A stretch of 64,000 bases of DNA, taken from NCBI GenBank assembly GCA_965112735.1, contig OZ218957.1, positions 682,001 through 746,000 on the forward strand, given 5' to 3'. The stretch's first letter is position 1; every line of letters starts with the position of its first letter. This stretch comes from Phaeosaccion multiseriatum. Lineage: Eukaryota > Protista > Ochrophyta, other classes. Made by a program: the position numbers and the translations under genes. This document shows positions 38,387-61,326 of this stretch, in pieces. The notes under the pieces were generated by a model that was not told where the DNA came from, did no database searches, and was given only the letters and a program-made list of their open reading frames with translations.

Positions 38387-39026
38387 AAGCCCCCACGTGC
38401 AGGGGGAAGCATGTTAGGACAAACGTAAACAGCGAGAAGAGAGAGAGGGTAGAGGATGTTTTGTCACTAGGGAGAGTAAGTAAGCTTAAGTAATTTGTAC
38501 ATAGAAACGACGTAAATGTATTTGAAGTTATGAAACACTTTGTCAACCCCTGATGCACTATCCGCTGTCCGCGGTCGGATAGCGCGCTATCGAGAATGTG
38601 GGCGATAGTGCATCAGGGGTTGAACTTTGCACACTTTGCTTGCACCTGACAGCAAGAGGCGGTAGCGGGAGGGCGGGGGGGCTGGAGGGTGGCGGCACTT
38701 CTCCGATTCTCTCACCCCTGCTTCCTCAGTCCCTGCATCTCCCCTCCATCTAAAGTAATCCTTGCCCTCACGCCACTGTCTCCCTTCGATCCTCCCTCTC
38801 TCTCCGTGGTGCAAACAGCGGAAGGTTGGCAGTGCAAGATGGTACATCACCACCCGGTGGGTAATTGCAAGTAGTAGCCCGACTATATATATATATATAT
38901 ATGTATATGTTATGTTATAAACCTGATCATCCTAAACCTCCTCGTGTTACAGTAACGCCCTCTCTTCTTCTCCTCTTGACTCACTCCTCCTCCCCCTTCT
39001 CTTCTCCTCTTACTCACTCCTCCCTG

Positions 39027-41517
39027 TTATTCCGCTGCAGCAGCACCATCACCGTCACCACCACCCCCCGCAGCAGCAGCAGCAGCTGCAGCAGCAGCAG
39101 CAGAAGCAGAATCAGTCTCTCCCGCCCCTCCCGCCTCCCTCACGGGCTTCTTCTTGTACCCCGACACAAAGTTCCTATACGGGTACAAGGACTTGTGTCC
39201 GTCTGTCCAATCCACCGAAATGGCATAGTTGCCAATGGGCGCCATGGCCAAAGGTCGAATCGTCTCACTCACATCCTCTGGATTGAGCAGCTGCCTACCC
39301 GAGAACTCCTCCACGCACGCGGCACAGCGGCACTGCCTGCGCAGATCGGCAGCACTCATCTCTTCGACTGGTCCATCTCCAATACGAATGCGCATCACTC
39401 CAACCGCTCCTCCTCCTTCTCCTCCTCCTCCTCCTCCCTCCTCCTCTCCCCCGGCCTCCTGCTGCTTGAGAGAGGGCCCGAAGGAGATGTGCGGGTGTAC
39501 ATCACCCCCGGATCGAATCTTGTCCACCTCACTCACCACCTCTTCCGCCAGCTCACGGTACAACCCCGCCTCTTCGCTCTCTGGGTAAGACATCACAAAT
39601 GGCGAACCGGAGTCCCCCGACCTTGCTATGTCCGAGTTGATGGGCATCTGTACGATGGATTCAATGCCCCACATGTCCACAAGGCGGGCCTTGTGCCCCT
39701 GCCCAAAGACGTAACGCTTCTTTCCGGTCATGTGAGACACCACTTCCTTCACCTGCTGAGCCGCCAACAGAGCTCTCGGGTTCTTTCCACTTGCCCTTTC
39801 GCTTCCACTGCCATCCCCTTCTCCTCCTCCTCCTCCTCCTCCTCCATCTGCTGCCAACATCTTCTCCTGCACCTGCTCGTCTGAGAAACTCATCACCTCC
39901 TCCATGATTTGCTCCACAGCGTTGCCCACCTCCTCCGGCGACGCCTGCGTACGACAGTTACAAATAGTTAGGGGGGGGGGGGGGGGCTTCACAGGGTCTA
40001 TTGCACTATTGCAGCGTTTCCAGCTCAAGATGAACCCCAAAAGAGCTTCAACGACCTCCAAGCGGTCTGAATGACCGACAGACCGACCGACCGACCAACC
40101 TGCATCTTCTTCTTCCTCCCCTCCGTCCCTCACACCCTTGCCTCCTTCCCTCCCTCCCTCTCTCTCCTCCCCTTCCCTCTCATTCCCGTTCCCTCCTCTC
40201 CCCTCCCCACCTCTCCCTCTCTCCCTCTTCTCCCCTCTCTCTGTATCACCAACACCAACATACCTGCATCTCCCTCGAGTAGGCCATATTCTCCACCACC
40301 GCCACGCTAGGTATGTTGACTGTATCAAACATGTCGATCCCCTTGGCAACATCTGTAAAGCTCAGCTTCTGTGGGGTGGTCACAATCACCGCCGCCGTAA
40401 TGTTCAGACTCTGACAGAGCGTGAGTTGAATGTCCCCAGTCCCAGGAGGAAAGTCGATGAGAAGATAGTCGAGCTCTCCCCACGCGGTGAGGCCGACAAA
40501 CTGTTGCAGGAGCTGCACGACCATTGGGCCTCGCATTATGGCGGCGCCGCTGTTGACGTAGCCGTAGGACATGAGCTTAACCCCGGCCTTCTGTAACGGT
40601 ACGATACTCTCCCCCAGGAACTCTACGGTTGGTTGCTCGGGCTTGACCATGGTAGGCAGACTTGGGCCGTACACATCGGCGTCGAGGATGCCCACTTTCT
40701 TACCCTGGGCGGCGAGGGTGTAGGCGAGGTTGACGGTGGTGGTAGACTTGCCCACGCCGCCCTTGCAGCTGGAGACGGCGATGATGTTGGCCACGCCGGA
40801 TAGGCTGCTCGCTTGTTTGGCCGCAAGGCCTCCTCCTTCCTCTGCTGGGGCTGGGGCCGCTGCGGGTGGGGCGGCTGGCACGGCGATGGTAACCAGGGCT
40901 TCCTTCACCCAGGGGAGCGCCTCCGTCACCTCCTTGCACTGCTGCTTGAACTGCTCCTTGACTCCTGCGTCCCGCGTGGCCAGCTCGAGCTGGAAGCAGA
41001 CGACGAAGCTTTCCTCGTCCTCCTCGATGGGCAAAAGGTCCAGGTCCTTCACAAAGCCGAGGCTGACAATGTCGCTGCCCTGGTCGGGGTCGATGATGGC
41101 AGAGAGGGCCGCTAGGATGCCTTGCTCGGAGCCCACGTCGCCTTCACCGGCGATGGTGGCGGTGGTGGCAGCGCTGTCTTTGTCTGTCTCGGGACTGCTG
41201 GCCATGGACAGAGGATGCAGACGACTCATGCGCGCAAACCCTCGTCGACCAGAAGGTGGCTGAACGACCCGTGCTGTCCATCCCGAGTGCGCCGAGGGGT
41301 GTCGCCTACTGCCGCCGCTTACGCTCCTGCCACTCTGTTCGTTTGATGCTGGTCGAAGGGAAAGGGGGCTGAGCTGGAAGGCATGCCCACACTGCTGCTG
41401 CAGATTGCCTACAATGGCGACCACGAGAAGGATAGAGGAAGCACTTACGCGCACCACCTTCTGCGGAGCTTCTGTCCTCCGCCTCCGCGCAGCCGTAGAG
41501 AAAAAGGCCGTCTTCAT
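39027..41517 (-). CDS. HCF101: Plastid Fe-S cluster scaffold HCF101 (Mrp/NBP35 P-loop ATPase with N-terminal DUF59 and C-terminal DUF971 domains); 2 exons
   Basis: Exons 41517-40264 and 39944-39027 (CAG|GTATGT...CGCAG|GCG). Motifs: [23 protein letters not shown] (DUF59); [42 protein letters not shown] and VENMAY (Mrp ATPase); [16 protein letters not shown]...[18 protein letters not shown] (DUF971). The hydrophobic leader followed by HA|FQL resembles an ASAFAP bipartite plastid signal. Confidence 0.92.
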
Positions 41518-41826
41518 CTTGATTTGTATATGCAACCTCAGCAGCACATGATCCACCCGTAGGATTCCAAATTATTTTGTTGACTTAGTATCTTGCCGCG
41601 GGACCGCCCATCAATTAATGCAAGCTCGTGCTCGTCGCTTGCGTGCAAAGAAGAGGCGCGGTGCTGTGCATAATGATGGCGAAGGAGTGCTGCTTGTAAA
41701 GGCGGAACGTTGATTTTTATTGACGTGGCTTTCAAGGCCTCCAGCCTTCCATCTGGGTCGATCTATGAAGAGCAGCAGCGGGAGATAGTAGCATAAGGCG
41801 AAAGTGGTGCGAGGGAAAGGGCTGGC

Positions 41827-52141
<10,315 letters not shown>

Positions 52142-52423
52142 GGGGTAGGGTTGGAGCACATGGTATCAAAGAGAGGCAGATCACAGGCTGATAGATGGCA
52201 GTGGATGACAATGGATGGTAGTGGATGGCAGTGCATGCTAGTGCATATGGGGGGGGGTTTCCCAAGTGTAGAAGGGACTCGAGGCTGCGTGGGAGGCAGC
52301 GTTCTCACACACGCACACGCACAGGTCTGTGCCTACGGGGCGACAGACGCATCATTCGACACTTGAAAGTGGGTGTTGAAAGTGGGTGTGGGTTGGGGGG
52401 GGGGGGGAGGCAGACACAAGAGA

Positions 52424-52471
<48 letters not shown>

Positions 52472-52792
52472 GAAGAGAGAAACTGAAGAGAGAAACTGAA
52501 GAGATAAAGAGGGGGGGGGGATGGGGGGAGGGAAAGACCCCACTTGAGTCAGTCACTAAGGAGAGACGAAAGCACAGCAGAGCTCCCTAATTTCACATGA
52601 ATGAATAAGAAGAGACACAGCGAGGGGAAAAGCATCAATTGTGCTCGGGTACCAGTCTATTTATTTATTCCACCACGTAGACATACTTGTGTAAAAATGC
52701 CTACAACGTACATTCACTGCCTTTGCGCCCCGTGACTTCCTCACGCAAGCAAGCCTCATTGACTTACTCACGGCTAAGCGAGCCTCACGTGG

Positions 52793-52845
<53 letters not shown>

Positions 52846-53612
52846 GTTTACTCTAGAGTCCCCGCCTCAAGCAACAACTTCGCACAGTGGAGCCCACAGC
52901 AGGGGTTGAGCTCCGGAACTCCGGTCTCTCCACACAGACACTACGCCTCCTGCTGCTACCCGGGTATGGCAGGGATGAGGGGTGGTGCGGTGGTGCGGTG
53001 GTGCGTTATTCCCTACCCCGCCCTGTGCTGAGCTGTCCTCTCCTCTCCTGCCTTTCTCCCATGTGTGCAAGCATCTGTCATCCTATGGTCTGGCCCTTGT
53101 CCTTGGCCCCTCTGCCACAGATCGCACGGTGCATGGACCAAAACCCTCTCTCCCTCAGAGCGACGAGAGGGACGAAGCGCCAACGTGGAAACCGAGCCCA
53201 ACCCCCCTCCCAAGCAGCAAGAGGGGACTGAGGAGACCCTCTATGCCACTCCAAGCCCTCCTCCAGACCTTGTGCTCCGCAACTCCATGTCTCTCTCTCT
53301 CTCTCTCTCTCGAGCCCCCGCCATTTGTAGAACAGTTGTAGCAAGAGCACGCATGGCCCGGGAGGGGAGCAGCTGCTCAAAGAGGGTCCGAGGGCCCGAG
53401 GCTGAACACAACACTTACAACAGGAGCGCTTTGCTTCTACACGCCTACACGCCTTCACAACTCCACACCTTCACACCTCCACACCTTCATACTGGGCCAA
53501 GAGAGGTGCTCAAGTCCAAGGGTCGAGGCCCAAGCCCCAAGGGGCCAAAGGGTGCCGTTCGAAGGGGCAGATGGATCTGCGGACATGGCATCCCCACACC
53601 CCTCCGCCAGCG

Positions 53613-53643
<31 letters not shown>

Positions 53644-53985
53644 GAGAGAGAGAGGACCACACCAAGCCCCCTTCCCCTCCCTCATACCCACCCTTCGACC
53701 CACCCCCTAGCCCTAGCCCAAGCGATGCCCAAAGCCTCACGACGCGCCATGACCCAGAGCACAGGAGACCTCGAAAGCCCCCACAGCAGCAGTTGGTGAT
53801 ACAGCAGCAGCAGTCTACACACACCGAGAGAAGGCACCTTGCCGCCCGCCTGAGCCGCCCCAGACCCGAGGAGGGAGAGGAGGAGGGAGAGGCCACGGCG
53901 ACACCCACCGCGCAACTCAGTGGCGGCCAACCATCTCATCATCTCATCTGCTGTTTTCCGACCTCTCTCTCTCCTTGTGTGTGTG

Positions 53986-54020
<35 letters not shown>

Positions 54021-54272
54021 TCCGCAAAGCGTCGCTAGCTCCTGAGTAGAGCTTCCCGAGTCGGAAAATCGATGGTCGATACGAAAATCGATGGTCGATC
54101 AATCAATGCCGCAGTCGAGTCCGCTTCCCCCAAGGCACAGTTCATGTCGACACGAAGTGAGGTCATGTCCCCCTGATGAGCCAAGCCAGCTCCCAGGCTA
54201 CCCCACCCCACCTCACCCGTCCTCACCCCTCCTCACCCGTCCTCACCCCTCCTCACCCCTCCTCACCCTGCC

Positions 54273-55583
54273 TTAAGCGAGGATGCTGGGGGCGTCCTCC
54301 GGCAGCTCGTCGGTGTGGGGGTGGCAGGGGCCTGTGTACACGTGCAGCTTGGCCATGCACTTCTTGCGCAGCTTATTCTTAGGCAGCATGCCTGAGCGGA
54401 AACCGGGAAGCGGGTGGGCGTGTGCGCATGCGTGAGCGTGGTGCGTGGGTGGGTGGGCGTGTGAATGGGGGGTGCGGGCGTGTGCGTGTGTATGAGCGTA
54501 TGGGTGTGGGCGTAAGGTTGGGTCCATAGGTGAGTGGATGAGTCCAAAGGGGGGTGGGTGAGTGCGAGTGTGGGTGGGTGAGTGACTAGGATGCTTCAGT
54601 CGGGGGAAGAGCAGCCTCTATTTGTTCCGTGGTTCCGAGTCGGCAGCTGCAGAGCACCCCCCCCCTCCCCCCCCCCGCCGAGGGGGGAAGCTCAAGGAAA
54701 GTCCCAGCGTAGCGCACGTCACAAGAGAAAGCAAAGCCAAGCTATCGGCGATACGTCGAGTGATGTCCAACCACGATCACACCACCACCAGCGACACCTC
54801 TTCAGTCAAAGGACATACATACCAACTCCCTTCTTTCGTTGGGATTTCACTCACCGCTGACAGCGTGTCGCAGAATCTGCTCCGGATTCTTCTGCAGCTG
54901 CTGGGTCGGCGTGCGCGATCGCAGCCCCCCCGGGTAGCCTGTATTCAGTGAGTGAGTATCGAGCGACAGCATAGGAGGTAAGAAGATGAGTGAGGAAAAC
55001 GTCTTCTCGTACAAGGCCTCCCCAGTCCTCCACTGCAAACCGCTTTCATGAAGGCCCTACCCAGCGCCGAGCAGAGGTTGAAAGAAACAGGGTGAGCAGT
55101 CTGACTTCGCGGGCCTACGCGCCGCGCCGCGACCTCTCTCTCTCTCACCTGTGTGCCAGTGGTATTTCTTGTCGGTCCATTTCCGCCCCGTGAATCCCAC
55201 CGCCTCCGCGTTCACCACCACCACATGGTCCCCGCAGTCCATGTTGGGAGAGAAGGTGGGCTTATGCTTGCCGTGCAGGAGAGGCGCGATCTGGTTGGCC
55301 AGGGTGCCCACGATCTGAGCAGACGGATTCGACCAAGGAGAGACATGGGGTGAGACGTGGAAAACAAAGAACGGAGGGACTGCTGCTCTTGTTGTGAAGC
55401 GCCAGCGTTCTCTTTGCAGTTGGCTACATCTCACCGCGAACATCCTCCCCATCATCATTCCCCCTTTCCTCCTCACAATTGCCCTTCCCCTTCTCCTCCT
55501 CTAACCTGATTCTTGGCGTCAATCAGATGCCACACGGGCTGTCCTGCCCGGCTTTTTTGGATGATCTTGTTCATCATAGACAT
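54273..55583 (-). CDS. rplM: Bacterial-type ribosomal protein uL13, probably mitochondrial; 4 exons
   Basis: Exons 55583-55506, 55314-55149, 54938-54855 and 54391-54273, all GT-AG and in frame. The spliced product reads [46 protein letters not shown]...[13 protein letters not shown]...[16 protein letters not shown]...[11 protein letters not shown], the uL13 signature. Mitochondrial location is an inference. Confidence 0.93.
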
Positions 55584-56010
55584 GGTGGCCTTGCTTTACG
55601 GACTGACTCCTTCTTACGGCTGCGTTGTTTGGATTGTCTTCGTCCTTCCTCTTTTTCGATGTGTGTGAGCCGTGTGTGCGCGCTCGGGCACCACAGTAAG
55701 TCAACGATTATTACTTTTATCCCCCACCCTCGAGCACCTCTCTGAAAGGCTCCTCTTGATCCCCTCTTAGGGGGAACCGCGCTAGATCGTAAAGATGGGC
55801 CTTCAAAAGAGCTCATATCCAAGCTGCGTCGGAGAGACCAGGTGAGTGAGGAAGGCGGCCAACTCGCCTCTCCTCAAGCACAGCAGGAGCTTGCCCCTCG
55901 CTCCCTCCCTCCCTCCCTCCCTTCCCTCCATCCTCACACACCTCCCCTCCCTGCTGCTGCCCTGCTCGATTCCATCCCTCCCCCTCCCTCCCTCAGCCTG
56001 TCCGTTCCCT

Positions 56011-58525
56011 ATGAGCGCCTTGACCACCAACAATGGCATCTGCGACGCCCTAAGTGTCACCAAATTCGCCAACATTCTCCCCTTCCCCGAGCGCCTCTAT
56101 GGTGACTGCTTCGACCTCGTGCTCGGGGAATCACGCGACTACAAGTTCGGCTTTGGTACCGAAAATGGCTGCGAAGACTACATAAGCCCTGCCTACGGGG
56201 TCGGCCTGAACACCGCTGACAACGTCGCCTACCAGGGCCCCACCATTGAGGCGTTGGCCGGAGAGGAGACCTCCATCGGGTGGAACAACGACCTCTGCAT
56301 CGACGAGGCGCACATCCTTGCCGATGCGATCAGCGAGACAGCGGGGCTGCATTTGTTCCTGCCCCAGAGTGGCTGTACGCTGGGGGAGGAGAAATGTTGC
56401 CCCACGGTCATGCACCTTCACGGCAGCGTGAGCTACGACTGGGCTGACGGTTATCCCGAGCGAGCCTACCTCCAAGATGAGTACAAGAGGGTGTTCCGTT
56501 ACCCTAACGAGCAGGAGGCGGGCTTTCTCTGGTAAGAGCGTTGCCCTACTGGGTGGGTGGGCGGGTGGGCGGGTGGGTGGATCTCTACGGGCTTGCCGCC
56601 CATCCCCGGATGGAAGCAGCGCGTTTGATGGATTCTTAGCTGGCTAGCATCTGACGTATGAGGCTCCGACGGCGGCCTCAGGCACCCCTGACGACATCTG
56701 ACACCTGGCCCCTATTGCCCCTTGCTTGTCCCTTCTCCCTTACTGCTCCTGTGTCAGGTATCACGACCACACGCTCGGTGAGCTGTTCCTTTTTTTCATT
56801 CTTACAGGGGGGGGTGGGGGTGAGGGTTCTCCTTGCTCTTGTTTGCCACTGGAAGCAAGAGACTTATGCTTTGCTTTCACCCCCTCCGGCGCGCTCGCAC
56901 TCACCATTCCTTCTGCTCTCCCCTCCTCCTCCCACGGCGCAGGCATCACCTCCTACAATGTTGCTGCCGGTCTGGCAGGAGCCTACTTGCTCCGCGACAA
57001 GAACGAGTTGGCCAAGTTGAAGGCCCTGGACGGCGGGGAGCTCGCCCTCCGGCAGTTCGGTACCAAGGGCGGTATCGAAATGGAGCTCATCATCCAGGAC
57101 AAGGCCTTCGAGTCCCGAGTGGGTGATGACTTTGCCTGGCAGAGCAAGCCATTCACAGCCGAGTTCGCGGGCGAGTACATAAGCGTCAACGGGAAATTGT
57201 GGCCCAAGGTGGACGTGAAGAACCGCTATTATCGTCTTCGCTTGCTGAACGCCTGCGACTCTCGCCAGCTGATGCTGCAGCTCGTCACGCAGGACCCAGA
57301 CGGACACCCCACGGGAACCCTCCAGATGCGCGTCGCCGGAGCAGACCAAGGTGAAGAGAGAGAGAGAGAGGAGGGAGATGTTCTTATTGACTTATAGGAA
57401 TCCACCTGAGAATTACGTAACAGCACATGAATTTCTCAACTCCCTCCGTCCCGAAACACACAAACACACTGTCCCCCTCGACACACTCGACAGGCTTCAC
57501 CGACACCATCTCCATCTTCCCTGATGGAGAAGACGTCCACCCTCTGCAAGGAAACGAACGTGATTACCTCTTGATCGGAACTGGAGGCCGTCGTGACGTG
57601 TTCGTTGACTTCAGCGATGTGGAAGATGGGACGAAAGTAGTAATGAGGCAAGTCGCGGGTTTCCCCTACAAGGATGACTCGCCCTTCGGATTGGACGGCG
57701 ATGAAAACGCTGTTTTGGCTCCTGATTCGCCTTCCAACGATGTGGGTAATGCAGAAGATTTGTCCGTGCCCACCTTCGAGACCGACCAGCAGGTAAGGGA
57801 GAGAGGGAGGGGAGGGGAGGGGAGGGGAGGGGAGGGGAGGGGAGGGGAGGGGAGGGGAGGGTCAATCTCTTGTCTTACAAGTACGAATGTCATGTCCTTG
57901 TGTGTGTGTACGACAGGTCATGGCCTTCTACGTGAAGCACGACAAATACCCCCATCAGGTTGCCCAAGGAGCTCCGCGCACACCCCTTCAAGCCCAACTA
58001 CCTCAAGGACCAGTGTGCGACCGGAGGCAAGAAAGCCCGAAAGAAAGCCGACGTGTTCCGAACAGTCATTCTGAACGAGCTCGAAGAGGGGGACGGAGTC
58101 GTGCCCATCCTTGGAGCGGAGGAGGAAGGCACCGTCTATCCAGAGCTGAGGTGGTGCAACCCGGAGGTTGGAATAACGGAGGTTGTCAACCTTGGCGACA
58201 CTGAGGAGTGGGCGATGGCCAATATATCGCCAGACTCCCACCCCATCCACCTCCACCTCGTGAGCTTCGAGGTACTGGACAGATGCATCACCCCAGTGTT
58301 GTCCGACGGAGAACCCGACTACGATCTCATCCGTCAAGGACTTGATGCGGTCAAGCTTGCTGGGGCTGAGTGCGAGGGTGGACCGCGTCCGGGAGAGGAC
58401 GGTCCCATGGACATCACCATCGCCCCTGAGGGACAGACCACCTTCATCAGGCAGACGTTCGAGAGAAGGGGGCTCTACGTGTGGCACTGTCACATCCTCT
58501 CCCACGAGGACAACGAGATGATGAG

Positions 58526-58574
<49 letters not shown>

Positions 58575-59542
58575 GAGATACCGGATAGATGTTCCACTTT
58601 AGTCGAACTTTTTATCATAATTTCCCACCACCGTGCCCTTACTACGTACATGTTGTTCTTCTCCCATTCTTTGAACCCTTTTCATCCACCCACAGGCCTC
58701 TGTGCGTCACCTCCCCAGGCCGTGAACAGATCGACTGTGTGGACTACTTTACGGGCTGCCAGCAGAAGGAGGACGACACTTATGAACGAACCGGAGACAA
58801 GCCCGACACTTTCCCCAGCTTCTATCCATTCCCGGAAGGCACAAGTAAGCGCGCCCGTTGATAGGCCTATCTGTCTGCCCATGTGCCTTTTTGCCTGCCC
58901 GCCTATATGCCTGACATACTGAGCCTTTTGTTTCGTCCTGTCTCCCCCTCCGTCCCCCCTCGCTCCACCCGTCCGAAAGTCAACACCTACCTGGGCCCTC
59001 CCGACACATGCAGCGTGGTCGACTTCTGCTCAGCTCCCAAGCACATCTCGTTGGAGGAGCTGGACGTCGTGAGCGAGGATTACGGCTGGCGTAAAGGTGG
59101 AAGGGGCTGTTCCGCTGACAGCAGCGCCACCTTTAACGTCAAGGGCCTCACCGGCAAGTTCACCGCCTCTGTGGATGTGGCGCACAGGAAGGGGAGGAGC
59201 GACAAGTACTCCGATGATGACGACATCAGCTGTGTTGTTTGCTTCGACGCCGACCCTAAGGACGATCTCTTCGACGTTCTTGGCAACTGCTTTGAGCAGT
59301 CTCTGAGCGACAAGTACTGGGACATCTCCGTGCCGATTCCTCACGGAGCGGAAACCATCACCCTGTCTTGCAGCATGGACAAGGGCCACGGCTCGGGTGG
59401 AAAGAAGGGTGGTGGTGGAAAGAAGGGAAGGGACCGAAGGGACTGCTCTGTGGATTGGAAAGATGCAAAGGTCATTTGTGATCTTTGCGGCGACAAGTGC
59501 CACAAGGAGAAGGATCACTACTACGACTACGGACACTACTAA
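56011..59542 (+). CDS. Multicopper oxidase (CotA/bilirubin oxidase/LPR-like) with a C-terminal NPCBM-like domain; one apparent +1 frameshift
   Basis: Exons: 56011(start uncertain)-56531, 56758-56777, 56943-57350, 57494-57792, 57917-58525, 58696-58844 and 58980-59542. All four Cu motifs are present (MHLHG, WYHDH, HPIHLHLV, YVWHCHILSHEDNEMMR), as is VNGKLWPKVDVKNRYYRLRLLNACDSR. One extra C in the C-run at 57949-57953 breaks the frame. Confidence 0.85.
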
Positions 59543-59789
59543 GCTGCACACGCACACCCACGCACACACACACATGCACACGCACACGCACAACATGTCG
59601 TGTGGTAGCGATGCGAAGTGGGGGGAGGGAAGAGGATGGATACATGAGTAGATAGAACACAGCGGCGCCTTCTGAGGCACCTACGGCACAGCAGGCAGGT
59701 AGGCAACCTTCGGCCTTTCGAAGCGTCCTCCATGACTATAATTTAATTAAAAGGTAATTGATTCGTTTTATGCATTCAAGGCCCTTCCG

Positions 59790-59975
59790 AAGGGTCGGTG
59801 TCGTCGAGATGGAGCTCATCATCCAGGACAGGGCCTTTGAGAGCGGAGGAGGGGATAGGTCGCACTTCAGTGGGGGAGCAAAGGCTCCTCCTCCAGAGAG
59901 TGGCCACCCACCCCCTGGCTGGTCCCATCTCCTCGTCCTGCCTGTCCATTGGCTCACAGAAGCGGTCCAGATTCG
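59790..59975 (+). pseudogene. 5' fragment of a degenerate duplicate of the multicopper oxidase gene
   Basis: 59790-59844 (GVVEMELIIQDRAFES) matches 57065-57115 (GGIEMELIIQDKAFES) at DNA and protein level. Weaker matches follow: PESGHP vs PDGHP and LTEAVQI vs FTDTISI. Confidence 0.7.
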
Positions 59976-60028
59976 AGGCCTCGCTCCTTGCCTTGCCTTT
60001 GTGAGCGTGTGTGTGTGTGAGATTACTT

Positions 60029-60285
60029 ACAGTTACAGAAGATTCGTTGACTTAGCCCCATCTACTCGGAGCATTCCGTACGATAGGGGTGCGATGGGTA
60101 TAGAGCTACTGAACTCTGTCTGCCCATAGGCTCCACGTGGGTCGTAGTGCGCACGTGTTGACCTCTTCACGTGCGATAGTTCTTTCCTAGCAGGAGATCT
60201 TTATCACCAAGGCTTTTTCTCGTCTCTCGGCTCTCCTTCCCTCTCCGCTTGCCAGCGCTTCCTTCTCTCTTTCCGAACTACAACA
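60029..60285 (+). repeat. 5' LTR (left boundary uncertain or truncated)
   Basis: Aligns with 63668-63935 apart from small indels and substitutions, and ends ...CCGAACTACAACA. Confidence 0.85.
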
Positions 60286-60716
60286 CGTTTATAAACGTAC
60301 TGCTAATACAGTTCCCCTGCAGGGAAACGTGAACAATGGACTCTGAGAGAACTACCAGCCATATAAAAAGGAGGACTTCAACTTCTGGATCTCTTCCAGA
60401 ACTTTCTCAAGCAAGACGCCAAGCACGGCTCGGTCGCCATCGACTCCCTCGGAGAGACCTTCTCGGACACCTTCGAAGCTGCTCCAAACGCACGTAAGCT
60501 AATTTTGACCGCCGATTTTTCTGGCTCACGCGGCACCTTGGGGAGCGAGGCAGTCAAGGACAACGCCACGCTTTTTCGGCAAGTGATTGGTCATAAGAGT
60601 GCGGCATTCCCTCCTGGCGACGCTGCCACCGCCTACGCCGCTCTTCGCCGCGTCTACGATGCTCTAAGCTTCTTTACGCTTGCAACCACCATGGGCAAAA
60701 TCCTGAAGCTGAAGAT

Positions 60717-61326
60717 GGATATGGCCTCCAGCCCAACGGAGTACTTCTCCGAAGTGGACCATCATCAGGCTCGCCTGGCGCGCATGGGCGCGCAATTTGG
60801 ATACTCAACCCTCATGGGCATGGCCTACCAGGTCATCAGCCCCGAGGAGGATGGCCTGGCTGCTCACCAGTCTCGAACAGCGCTATACGGACATGAACGG
60901 CGACGGTATGACGGAAGACCAAAAGGCAGAGACCTCTACCGCGACTTCCAGCAACGAATCTTCTGTAACTGTAAGTGAATCACACACACACACTATGACA
61001 TCCTCCCTTGCGACAAAGACCAGAGACTGTAGTCGCAAGGGAGGATATCATAGTGTGTGTGTGAGATTCACTTACAGTTACAGAAGATTCGTTGCTGGAA
61101 GTCGCGGTAGAGGTCTGCCTTTTGGTCTTCCGTCATGATACCGTCGCCGTTCATGTCCGTATAGCGCTGTTCGAGACTGGTGAGCAGGCCATCCTCCTCG
61201 AGGCTGATGGCCTGGTAGGCCATCCCCATGAGGGTTGAGTATCCAAATTGCGCGCCCATGCGCGCCAGGCGAGCCTGATGATGGTCCACCTCGGAGAAGT
61301 ACTCAGTTGGGCTGGAGGCCATATCC
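60717..61326. repeat. Long inverted repeat (arms 60717-61014 and 61032-61326, 17-nt spacer) inside the copia element
   Basis: The peptide DMASSPTEYFSEVDHHQARLARMGAQFGYSTLMGMAYQ appears on both strands in the ORF track. The arm ends CACTATGACATCCTCCCTTGCGAC and GTCGCAAGGGAGGATATCATAGTG are reverse complements with one mismatch. Confidence 0.95.

Noticed and set aside
38865-39884. 339-aa plus-strand ORF
   Set aside because: It lies antisense to HCF101 exon 2 and has no motifs.
52600-54270. Several 100-244 aa ORFs between gyrA and uL13
   Set aside because: They are interrupted by (GT)n and (AG)n tracts, show no domain signature and give no consistent splice model. The region is treated as intergenic/UTR.
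55795-55996. Upstream ATG exon (55795-55841) as the first coding exon of the oxidase
   Set aside because: Splicing 55841 to 55997 puts that ATG out of frame with the oxidase. It may be a 5'UTR intron or uORF, and the true start is unresolved.
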